This document shows, one piece after another, positions 40,008 to 51,700 of a stretch of DNA of 64,000 nt. The position numbers were made by a program, and so were the translations under genes. The notes beneath the pieces are model-generated. The model ran no database searches, was not told the origin of the DNA, and saw only the letters and a program-made list of their open reading frames with translations. The stretch is from Phoronis australis. Lineage: Eukaryota; Animalia; Phoronida. Each line of letters starts with the position of its first letter. Position 1 is the first letter of the stretch. The stretch is from assembly GCA_002633005.1 (NCBI GenBank), contig NMRA01000073.1:768150-832149 (forward strand), given 5' to 3'.

Positions 40008-41075
40008 GTAATTTTCCTTTGCGTTTGAAGAAAACCACGCTGAGTGTGTACTTTGTTTCGTCATACAGTTTGCCAGGAACACCTGGCACGATGGCTTGCA
40101 AATTCAAAATCTATTTCTGCTTTGGTTAAAAGGATTTTGGCGGGCGGAAAGTCGTTTTAGTACCTTTCCATGCACTGCAGATACAAGAAATGACTTAGTC
40201 CGGCCAGCATCCAGTTCTCTGAAGCACAATAACACTATGTAACACCCGACAACCCCCAAAAGTTTGGAGGAAAATTTGAAAGCTTCTTTCAAAGTATCCT
40301 AAACGAGCAAGCGTGACCTACGCTTTAAGCGAATTACACGGCGGCTGTGGGAATAGTGACAAATCCGGTAGCTGTGACATAGGGAGTATGAGTTTTTAAT
40401 CGAGTCCTGCGTTAATTTCGGCCGGTGGTTTTGGGAAATTGACGCCAATGGTGCTTTAGCAGGTGACAAAACGAGGATTGGTTGAAATCATCAAAACAGG
40501 GTTTAGTTAATATCCTTTTAATGATCTTTCCAATGTAGTCAATCTGCGCGTTTGTGTTCCTTTACTAGGTTCAAAATAGTTTATCTCCGCTTCCACACAC
40601 AGACTACCCGTGGTCGTTTTTATCCGGCGTCTGAGACTTTTTTTTTACTTTAGTGTGAGTTGGCCATTCTGAGCTAATTGTTGACTCTTGCACGTCGGAT
40701 GCACCCTTCGATTCCTCACAGCGTGTATACTTCCCTGAAGCTGTTGTATTGTATGATGCTGCCATCTGTAGTTGGTAGTAGAGTGTTCTATTGCTTTGTA
40801 ATTTTAAAGGCGAAGGCAACCTTTTTCCATGTCATTTTGAGCTAAAATAAGGTTGGTTGGTTATCCTAGACATATTTTCCACTTAATTACATCTTTTCGT
40901 AATTCTATCATTAATTACTCGCCCGCTACTGCGGAAGTGACGTTTTAGGAGGCAAGCATTTCGCGCCAATTTCTTTTCATATAGTCTGACTGTGAGAGCT
41001 GCCGAGTCAGTCATTGTTCTACCTCGGTTGTGTTAAGTTCCGTCGTCGTTTGCTTTCATTTACTAGTCAGTCAAT

Positions 41076-41885
41076 ATGCCACACTGTTGCTGCGTACCGG
41101 AATGTACTAATTATCGGCTCACGCGCGCTTTGGGAGTACCTTTGCATCGCTTTCCGATGGATGACACACTTCGCCGTACTTGGCTCGTTCGTGTGAAGAA
41201 CGCAGCGTTACCCGTCCACGCAACGTACAAAGCAGTGGAGAATTACCGTGTGTGTGGCAAGCACTTTCTGCCGTCCGATTACGAAAGGGATTTGTACGCT
41301 GAACTGATGAAGGTCCCCGCGAAACAACGCTTGAAGAAGGATGCCATTCCGTCTGTGTTGATTCCCGGCAGTGCCCCGTCGCCACCCCCGAGAAGTGCGT
41401 TTTTGAAGCGAGAAGCCTCGCGAGCTGTGGCCAGTACAGTGACTGGAGCCAGTGGAGGCACTTCATCTACTGTCACCCGTGCCTCCGAACGTACCCCAGA
41501 GCGTGCAATTCCTGGAACCAGTAGTGATTCGCCCTGTGCTGTTTTCTCCAGCCCAGAGCCTCTAAGCAGCCCTGCAGCGATATTGAGTAGTGGGAGTGAT
41601 TACAGGCCCAGTTCGACACCCAGTGAAGAGGACAGTTTGTCGTTCAGTGAACAGATCGGTGAGCCAAACTTTGATAAGTTTATTGTGGACTTGTCTATTT
41701 AGAAGGTGCCAGATGTGTGGCGAGGGAGTCACACGACACGATGTAAGCAGTTTGGGTGCTCAGGTCACCATCCAGTGGGAGTGTGTCGCGGGACACTCTG
41801 GCAAGTGGGACAGTTGTTCCTCTGTCCATGGTATGCCGGAGGTCCACTTAACCATGTCCAGTAGTGGCTTGGCCTCGTCGAACTC
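41076..41885 (+). pseudogene. Truncated THAP-domain transposase of the Kolobok element (intact 208-aa THAP ORF 41076-41702, then frameshifted Cys/His-rich segment)
   Basis: MPHCCCVPECTN..LHRFP..RRTWL..RVCGKHF..LKKDAIPS is a C2CH THAP fold. After a frameshift near 41690 it continues LFRRCQMC..VTIQWECVAGHSGKWDS and then ends at the deletion junction. Confidence 0.85.
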
Positions 41886-41889
41886 TGAA

Positions 41890-42151
41890 GAAAGCATTCC
41901 ATTGAGGTAGGCATAACATCGCACACAGTGCATTTGCACGAAGATGTGTCACCACGACTATCCTCAATAGCTGCCTCATTTCTCTCAACAGCTGCCTGTG
42001 CCTGTGCGTACTCTGCCTCGTTATACTTGGGCTCAAACATGTACCCACCCACTGAATGTCCGTGAAAAAATTCCTCGTCACCACTGCTGTGAACAAGGTC
42101 TCCGTCACTCACACTACTGTCACTGTGATACGGGTCACCGACTGCAGCCAT
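41890..42151 (-). pseudogene. N-terminal fragment of KolX (P2X7 C-terminal ballast-like Cys-rich protein)
   Basis: MAAVGD...GYMFEP...DTSSCKCTVCDVMPTSMEC matches the YxFEP and CxCxxCxxMPTxxECxCC pattern of Kolobok accessory proteins. It is truncated before the CC. Confidence 0.72.
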
Positions 42152-43851
42152 TTTCAGCTTACAACACACTAAACAATCCCTAAATCCAACGTAGTTGAGT
42201 TCTGTACTAAACTATCTTGCCGCAGAATACTCGCCGATGGAAAGTGGTGGCGACAATTGTTGAAAAACAGCACAAAACAAAAGTAGAATAGAATAGATTC
42301 GCACGGTAAAGTCAACGCAAAACCAAGTGGCGGGAAACGCTTGCCTCCTAAAACGTCACTTCCGGAGTAGCGGACGAGTAATTAATAAAATTACGAAAAG
42401 CTGTAATTAAGTGGAAAATATGTCTAGGATAACCAACCCACCTTATTTTAGCTCAAAATGACATGGAAAAAGGTTGCCTTCGCCTTTAAGCCATAGTGGC
42501 GCCATCGTGGGTTGTGCGATTTCCCGTACAAGCTTATACAGACACTGGTTGCCATTTGGGTTTTTTGCTGAGAGGATTCATGAAATTACTTTACTAAAAA
42601 CCATAAATGTAGGGATAAAATTAACGCGCTTTGGAGACCCTTGAACCCTTCTTACCTTACCAAAACGAATTTGTACATGTATATGCTGGCTGCTTACATA
42701 AGGTTGAGTATCGCTCGCCGTGTCAACGTCGCAGCCAACTATTCACAGTTCTTAGTAACGCATTGTGGATCTCTAACTGATTACAAATCTGTGTCAGCGG
42801 ATTGACAATTCATAATTTCGCATTGCGAGTTCGTAGTAACAGATTGCAAATTAGTAACTGGTAATGCATGAATGTATCGCGCTTCCGCTATAACTGCGGA
42901 TTAAGACCCGCGGACTTAAAGGGACCTAGGAACGCTAAGTTACGCCCGGACCCACACGTCCAAGCAATGACGTTGTCATGCCTTTTTCGGCTACGCAGAG
43001 TAATTCCATCGAAAATTGTGTTCAGATTTCGTTAGGGCATCGTAATGTGTAGTAAAGTTATTTTTCTGTTATGGTAATAATGAGGTGATCGTTCTCAGAG
43101 GAGTTTTATACCAGCATTTTATTATATGGGAGCATATTGCAGCTGTGAGTGTCCAACTGTGCAACGTTTGTCTTGCCTTTCTTCTGTGGAGGAACACGTC
43201 GAATGAAGACCGCGTTCAAACAATGCGTGAGCAGATACTGAGATAGTCATTTGCAACATTACAAAACTACCGGACGAGTCTTATCTTTGGCAAGAACGAA
43301 ACGCAGTTTTGCACCTGGCTCACCACAACGCCAGTACCAAGGAGAACAGTACTTAGATCTTGAAGTGACGGGCAGGTCAGCCAAACACTGCATTGTAGAG
43401 TTCAGCGCCAGTCGCATATGTCCGAAATACTGGAGTGCTTACAGTACTTACTTACCTAAACATTATTCAAATAATAATAATAATAATATAATAATAGAAA
43501 CATTACTTGCTTAAAGCGGCAATAAACCCGTGTTTTCTTTCAAAAAGTTTTTATTTAGGTAACCTATCGTGATGATACTGTTTTCAAATTTTTTCTTAGT
43601 CAAAATATGAGGTGATACCCGGTGAGGAGGAATTTGTATTAGGCCTATAGCTGTGTGGAGTGTATGCCCGTTTGTTGCTCTTCTACCTACACGTTTTTAT
43701 GACCTAAATTTTGCACTGTCACAACCGTAAGTAAAAGCATATTTAGTTGTCTACCCAAACAAAAATGGACGTTATGCGACGGAAATGTACATATCTAGTC
43801 GTTCATATGCGGTCGTAACAAATGACTGGATGCACGAGAGCCCGTCTGGAC

Positions 43852-44015
43852 CAGTGGCGGATTTAGAGAGGGGCCAAGGGGGCCATGCCCCCCCTTAAAT
43901 TCTCCCAGATTTCATTTGACTGTTCGGGGGTGTGAATGTCTGGGGGGCAAAATCCTGGCTAATACTATGCCCTGGCACCCCCCCCCCCTAACCCAAAATC
44001 CTGGATCCGCTCCTG
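43852..44015 (+). mobile_element. Small GC-rich MITE, copy 3, with 5-bp TSD (hAT5-like)
   Basis: TIRs cagtggcggat / atccgctcctg. Perfect TGGAC direct repeats at 43847-43851 and 44016-44020. Confidence 0.8.
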
Positions 44016-44944
44016 TGGACAGAGTTATTTTCGCTCTTGTAGTTACTATAATTATCAAATCAACACGACTTACGAGTGGGGCGGAGTGTCTGATTTTTAT
44101 GTATACATGTACAAATACCAGTATTGTAAAAAGTCGGCGATGATCATTCGTGTCAGTACAAAATGGATGCTGATTTCAGTCTCTCTAGCAAGCACGTAAT
44201 ACCATGATAAAAAGGATGGAGTACGGACGAACAGTGCACCTTGGAGCAACAACGAAATATGCAGTACATGCAAAATAATTGGAATCTGAAACAACGCCTT
44301 TGACTGTAACAAGGTAACGACTACTCCATTATCGTATCGTTAAATTTAACTACCGAAGACGACTTCTGAACCGAACGATGAACCTTGAAATACAGTTGTT
44401 CGATTTCACATAAAGACATATCATTTTGTATAAAGAAAACGGCAATCGTGATTTTCAGGAAGATTTACTTTATGTTTCAAGTATACAGTATTTAATGCAA
44501 CAAATTACAACCAATAATTGTGGCCTTCTACAAGTTTGGTGAAGACGACTGTTGACTTAAGGCTTAGTATCTGGCCAATGGGCTATATCCAGAAAAGAAG
44601 GCGCATTGGCCTGCCTGGATTTATTGATTAGATAACGTTAATTAAAGGCAGGAATCACCTGAAGTTGATGTTATTGAGAATGATGGAGAACGCCTTCGGC
44701 ACTAATGTCTTACCGGTACTTTCTAAATATATGATCGACCACATATCTTGTTTTTGACTTTGGGTGTTTATGTTCGTTACATTTCTTGTAGAGAGTTGCT
44801 TATTGACATAGCTCTAATGTCAGTCTGTTTCAAGTATTTACTCTTCGTGTAGTTTCGCTAGCATGATCGTTTCTAGTGCAGTATTAAAAAGGGTAATGTC
44901 CCAGTGTAATTAATTTTTCATCTTGTAAGACGTCTCTCCTTTTG

Positions 44945-47893
44945 TCATTCTTCTGCCTCATTGTCAAGATCGCCTGGTCGAACTGTCACTGGTGTTGACA
45001 ACAATGAATTGGTATCGTTCCTCAGTGTCTGTTTTGTCCCGTTTGCCTGTCTGTTGTAGTCGATGTAGTCGTCAAGAAAGCTTGCAACCCTGGGAACAGC
45101 ACATGTGCTTGTGTTGAGCACGTGCGCCCAGAAGTCACTGACATGACACCTGTTGGGCTCGTTTTCCTGTACGTTCAATAGACCAACAGTTGTGGCAGCC
45201 TTCAACAGCATTGACTCAGCTTTCGTCCGCATCAAATTCAGTATCTCAGCCTGTCTCAATCTATCGAGGATTACCATGGTGTTGTATGGTAGGATAAGAG
45301 CTAGCATCAGTTCGCTTAGTGTGCAGACAAGAGCATCGAAATGGCTGTAGAAGTGGCCTCGGAAATCGTAAAAAACGAGGCCACTTACAAGCATCATAAA
45401 TACTACCATAGTTGGAATGTAGCACAACACTATCACACGACATAGAAATTCTGCTGGACACTGGCCATCAAGCACCATGTGCCAATCTTCTTGGTAGCAG
45501 CTTTTCAGGAAAACCGTTGGCAATTGTTTAAATTGAAGGACACCGTGGCGTAAAATTGACATTGCTTGCATGAACAGATCAACACCAACTCCATATTTAC
45601 AGCTTAGTTTCTCCAAACTCTCCCTGAAGTCGTTGTATACTACAGATGACGTTTGACTGTACACCACAGGTTCATTGTCTTCCACGTTGTCGTAGTCGTT
45701 GTCTTCATCGTCGTCCGTTACGTCAAAGTTGTCCAAGTGAGTGCCACTGTCTGTTATATAAAGACAGTCCGAATCTATGTCTGATTCGTCTGTTATATCG
45801 CTGTGATTTGAATTCTTATTTGGACTCTCCTCTTCCTGGAAGATTGTGCTCGGAAATATTGAATACCTGTCTCCATTTGGAAGACTAGTAAGGTACTGGT
45901 AGTTATAACCGTGCTGTACCATTCCGTAGGGTGAGAAGGAGCTTACTGCTGGCGACACGTGCATAACAGGCACGTGCCTACCAGGAGGCGCTGTGTGAAG
46001 ATGGCGTCCGGTGGGGATGAATACCGCGCTGTCTGGATTTAATCGAGACACAACGACGTCAGTAGACCGTATGTATGAAAGTGAGCAATCGGTCTGAGTT
46101 AGCTTAGATTCCAGTGTAGTTGGTCTGATGAGTGTAGGCACATGTACAAACTCTGCTTGAACACATTTTTCTTTCTGGAAAAGAAACCAATAGCCTACTA
46201 ACTTGTACACGATAACCAACGCTTTTTGGAGAACACACTGAATATTGGACAAATGTATAACATAGCTTTAAGACGTGCGTGTAATTAATTATAAATTTAA
46301 AAAAAGTATCCGGGTGTAAGTGTATTTAGACATACTTTGCGGCGGATAACGACAATATGACTGACATAGACCCCACCTTTGATACATAGCTTGAAACGGA
46401 CAGAGTTCACACCTGTATGTCAGATGGCTGATTGACAGGTTGTTCTTTGCTGCCTAGCCATCCCTCCACAATACCTCGGAGGGTAAGGTTTCGCGTACAA
46501 CGTGCGAAGAAATTCTTAGCCAAAACGGACTTTCTGCAGACGGGACACCAAAACTTCAGCTTCTGAGCAGACACGTTAGGCCGGTTGATCTGTGTGTGTT
46601 CAATGATATTCTTTACACACCTAGAGAATATTAGATGTTGAGACAGAAGCGATTTTATTGCAGCAAGATTTCTTCAAAGAATTTGGTAAAGACATCAACA
46701 TTGTATTTTATTTCACAATACGACAAAATCGTTAGGTATGGATTATTATTATGAATAATCCGCTCGACAAGGTGCAAAGTGCTCAGTTATTTTTGCGTAG
46801 CTAGGAACATCGCCGCCCGAAGGAGACATAAGATATTTGTCCGTCATTGCGCCCATTTGTGGCGCCTTCTTCCAGGTCGCTTTCCTTCTCCATCTGCTAT
46901 GTGTACCGTACTTGTCGGAACACCCTCCCCCACCCACGTCGCTGATATTCATGTTCATGAATCGGTTCATACGCAACAAATATGTTGAAAGTTAGACACT
47001 ACCAAGTCTTTTAAAAAGTCACTTTGTGGTGTCCTACAACGCCCCATGAGTGCACGACCATGTGTATCGAGCTGGTATGATGTGTTATGACATGGGTAAC
47101 TACTAGAATTTGCTGGAAGTGGCATACCTTGATTTCTGACACAAGATCAGTTTTAAAATAGATATTGCGTAATTTGGGTACTTGCTTATTGCAAAATGTG
47201 TGTCCACAAGGCAGTATGCAGGGCTCGACGAAATAGTCCAGACAAACGGAACATTTCAAATCTTTACTCCAATGGTCGTTGCCTAGGTCAATGGACTGAG
47301 TCGACCGTGTAGAGAGGTCTGACATGGAGACTTTGTTGCTGATGTCAAACGCGTCTTCTGCATGACCTTCTGTGTTGCTATGTGGAAACTCGTCCTCGTT
47401 TGCGAGCTGCAGTGCACGCGTGCTTGAACCACTTTCTGAAAATGCAGAAAAAAGCGCTTGCTGTTGTGTTAACAGTGATTGTAAGCTTATATTAAACATT
47501 TGGAGTGCTCACGTAAGCTCATTTTGTAGTCCTGTCTATAACACGTCTAGCACGCGTACGCAAAACTCCTTGAGTCACTTGTTTATTTTTATCCTAGAAG
47601 ATTAACAAACTGCAGCACTGAAAATTGAAAGTAGCGTTGTTTTGCTGTGACGCATGAACGAAATCCACAACTTGAAAATTAAGGTCAGTTAGTTGTAAGA
47701 GCAACTTTGCAGCTCATTTACCGTCCTCGCCAGTAGGTCTTTGTCGTGTTGGAATTGAAACGCGCCTGCGATCTGCAGAAGTGGGAGAGGGGTCAGGTGA
47801 GAAGCGGTCCTCTGGAGCATTAGAGAAAAGGTTGTTAGTCAACCCGCTGGTTCTGCCCACCGACTGGTCGTTGGCGGCATGATTTGTTGACAT
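44945..47893 (-). CDS. C3HC4 RING finger protein (TRIM-type RING, no B-box seen) with PAM2-like motif, acidic tract and two probable TM helices; 619 aa
   Basis: Exons 47722-47893, 47186-47435, 46413-46620 and 44945-46174 total 1860 nt with phases 1,2,0. RING: CSVCLDYFVEPCILPCGHTFCNKCVKNII...CPVCRK...RNLTLRGIVE. Intron 2 has a GC donor (aa|gcaagt). Confidence 0.82.
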
Positions 47894-48637
47894 AGCGCCT
47901 ACAGAATTGCCAACTTCTGACTGGCTGCTCAGGAGTCCATTTTGCCAGGCAAGCGACAAGTTGACTCTGGTGTATTATGGGAACGGTTCTGTTACGTCAC
48001 CGTTGTGTTGGCTTCACAAGGAAATTAAGCGTTTCTTGGCGAATAGCTGTATTCAACCAACAGATGTGAGGTGGTTGTCAGTCTTCGTAAAATCCTTTCA
48101 AATTTCATTGTTATGTTCTTAACTATTTATTTTCAGTATACATTTGATATTTTCTGAAACTTCGTCGAACACATCCTTCAAAATAAAGCGCAGTTGTTTA
48201 TTACTGATTATATTACATGACGGTCATTTTTTGTAAAAATTCTCATTTTTCCTTTGAGCATAAATTATTACAAACCTAAATTGCAGGCGACAACTTGTTT
48301 AAAATACAGAGGACTTGTGGTGACTATCTCTTCTTTCACACGTGTTAGTTTGCAGTGCGCACGAAGACCTTCGCTTTTGCCGTTCTCTTACAACATCCTA
48401 AGTCGAATCTCTCAAGAGAACTCCTGATACTTTGCCTCTAAAGTTCGTCCACCATGCTCTCAAGCGTCACAATTTACTATCCAGTCTGTAACGCATCTGA
48501 CAATGTACTATCTTGCATATGTTATACTTTTGGGCCTATGTATACATTTCAATAACGAATGCGACCATACAATAGCACTCCACAGGCACGCTAATACCAA
48601 AAGAAGCACATCTGTCCATTGCCTTGGTTACGTTACA

Positions 48638-48643
48638 TTTATT
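48638..48643 (-). promoter_or_regulatory. Candidate polyadenylation signal (AATAAA) of SLC5A7
   Basis: tttatt on the + strand, ~150 bp downstream of the stop codon. Confidence 0.4.
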
Positions 48644-48789
48644 TCAATATTTAATTGGATACAGTTGTGACGATATCACTGAGGAAGTTCTTTCCAGAAA
48701 TGTAGAGCCTGACGAGGTATATGCATAGCCTCTGTGTTAATCTTGATACACATGCATTAATTTGCAGGAATTGTTTGTTTATGTCTTGG

Positions 48790-51700
48790 TCATGCCATAG
48801 CATTTGTTTTTTTGTCCACACCATTAGAGTTGATTTCCATTAAAGACACTCTTTCCGGTTCATTTTCATCATTGTCGTCGCTCTTCTCTTCTCTAGATTT
48901 CTCTTGAAAACACTTAAAAATGTCAAACTTGGAATTCAGCTGCTTCTTTAGGAAAAGAAAATTGAACAAAATGGAAACGTGAATTATAGTGAGTAAACTT
49001 ATTAGCATGCTCAGTGTTTTGAACGGGAACAGTTGCTTCTCCAACTGGTCACTGAAGAAAGGATACTTCAGTATGGGAGAGAAGCTAATCAGAGGCTCTC
49101 CCCCTAGCAATCGGAAGAGAAAACCCAATATGTAGCCGGCGATAGACCCGTAAGAATTAGTGAACTTAAGGTATACAACGCAGACAAGTTGTGGAAATAA
49201 GATTACATAAACCAAATCAGCGCAAAGGTAGAATAACCCGTATATCGATTGGACAGTGATGCCAATTACTGCGGCAATTGCTGCAACGAAGACAACGGAC
49301 ACGCGCATAACCCAGATGATTTCGCGGTTAGATGCACGAGGCCTAATAACATTCTTGTAGACATTTTCCGCGAACATGGTACTAGACGACAATGCAGAGG
49401 AATCTGCTGATGACATCACTGCGGCGGAAACGGCGCCTAATCCGATGAACGCCACTGCTTGCGGGCACAGGTATTGTAGAACGATTGGTAGCACAAGTTT
49501 AGAGTCAGCGCCTTCTATTGGAATAGTCCCAGGGTATGTTGTGTTGCTCCAATCTGGAAAGTAAACGCTGTTGTACTTGAAAACTAATTAGTGTATTTAC
49601 AATTATTGGTTATCGCGACGATCGTTTCAAAGCTACTACGCGAGTACGTTTTAAAAAGATACAAACCCGCCTCCCATTCAGTAACGCTAGGACCTAGCTT
49701 AAAAGCAAGACTTTGCGAGATTACGCGAGATATTGCCGTGTATTTTAAATAAGAGCACGTGACCTTGACTAGCTTTTGGCTAGGTCCTAGCGTAGGTCCT
49801 AGCGTCTACTGAACGCACGCCCGGTTTTGGCAAATGAACAGATACTAAAAACGACTTTCCCATCCAGTTCTATGGAACAAAATAAGGCTCTGTAATCCTC
49901 GAAAACTCTCACAAGTTTGAAAATTTGAAAACACCTTTCAAAGTCTTCTAAACGGGTTAGCGTGACTTGGCAACTATGGGGAAAAGACAACCCACCAAGG
50001 ATAATAATGTCTAACCTGGGCGAATTTTTATTTGATTCCTGCTTTTAATTTGGAAGATAGACGCCAATGATGCATTGCCAGGTATATAACGAGTGTTGGT
50101 GGAAATCTTCAAAACAGGGTTTAGTTTCCTTTTAACATTTGCCATACATGTAGCAATGCACTCAAGGACACACTGTACAGCGCTAAAATATGCAACCTGT
50201 TATTACCTGCAGTTTTAGCAGCTACCCCTAGAATCACACACGGCACTGCCAGGAAGAAACATCCCGCACCACCGACGAAGGACAACACCTGCGCACGATG
50301 AGAGCTCTTAGCGGACAGTACTCTTTGAAAATAGGCCTGCGAAAAATAGTACTTGGATAAAATTCACAAACTAGAGCGTGTAAGGACACGAACAGGAGGT
50401 ATGGGGCCAAATAGAAAATATCAGAAATACTTTCTAGGATCTAATCCGTAGTTGAAGCCATAACTTTAGTATTCACGAAATCCCGTCATTTCATTAATAA
50501 ATTTTATTTCTCGAATTTTGATAGTAAAATATGGTTTGCATGCTTTCCAAGTCTTCCATATTCTCACTCAGAAATAGGGTTAGAAGTAGGAATATCGCAA
50601 ACACATCAAGTTTGATTAGGTGCTTCGTTTGTATATGGCGTCGTGTTGCGTTTTCGCGAGGTTTTCAAGTCTACGCAGCGTGTTCAAGGACGTTCCCATT
50701 AACAGAAAATAGAACTGGGTACAATTCAGTAGCTGTCTCGCGGCTAGAAAGATCGAGCCAAAATCACGTGTTCTCATTTAAAATACACGGCAATATCTTC
50801 CGTAATATCGCTGAGTGTCAGTGTTGCTTTTCTAGAGAGGTCCTGGCGAGGTTCTAGGGTTACAGAACTCAACCCTGCTCTCTTACAAGAACTAATGACA
50901 AAAACGCGTAATGGCTAGTGGGGTTGAAATGGAAATGCTGCGTTTTTTGAGATTTCACACCTCAATTTAACAATCGCTTTCAGTTGCTTATCACAAGTGA
51001 GATCATAGCTTCGTCGGAATAGCGAAACTCCTGGAGGAATTAATACGCTTTATATTAGAGTTCGCCAACTTTGTAAACGTAAAATTTGACAAACTGGAAT
51101 CATAAAGGTACACATACTTGCCACGGAACTCCGCCGCACATAAGCAAAAATGCGTTGTCCAGCCAAATGCCCACTTCGTATGAATCCAAGGTTCCAAGCC
51201 AGTTTGAGCCCGTTATGTTGTCGGACGAAGGCACAAGACTGCCCACTGCCGGATGAGTCAAGGCGAATGGCACTGAGAGCCACTGTGAAATTTTACAAAT
51301 TACGAGATTATACGATCTGGAGTGGTGAGCGAACTCATACCACGTGGTGAAACCCTTACCACGTGGTGAAACCCTTGCCACGTGGTGGAACTATTACCAC
51401 GTGGTGGAACCCTTACCGCGTGGCGAAACCCATACCACGTGGTGAAACCCTTACCACGTGGTGAAACTCTTACCAAGGCAGCGGAAACCTTAGAAGTTAT
51501 TAGTGTTGTCCAACGCTAATGAATTCAAAAATGGCGCGTAAACTACCTATGCGTATTGCTTGCCGACTCATTCGATCACAATTCAAGATCGGATGAACGT
51601 GGTAATGAATCTAAAAGGCTTTAAAACGCCAAAGCACTTAGGTTAAGAATTCAACACATTGGTAGCTAAACAGGGCTAATGCAGCTTTAAACCTTTGAAA

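Larger units (their letters stand above)
40808..42485. mobile_element. Non-autonomous (internally deleted) Kolobok-type DNA transposon, 1678 bp
   Basis: TTAA TSDs at 40804-40807 and 42486-42489, AGG...CCT termini and ~160-bp TIRs. Two convergent ORFs: a THAP-transposase N-terminus and a KolX-like N-terminus. No DDE catalytic region is present. Confidence 0.9.

Noticed and set aside
41300-41330. ctgatga...gaaac hammerhead-like core
   Set aside because: Stem II cannot pair and the sequence lies within the THAP coding frame. Other ctgatga/tcatcag hits also lack stems.
46175-46252. N-terminal 26 aa of ORF 44945-46252 (also the ends of ORF 47011-47499)
   Set aside because: This is intronic read-through. 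Clear acceptors at 46175-46176 and 47436-47437 define the exons.
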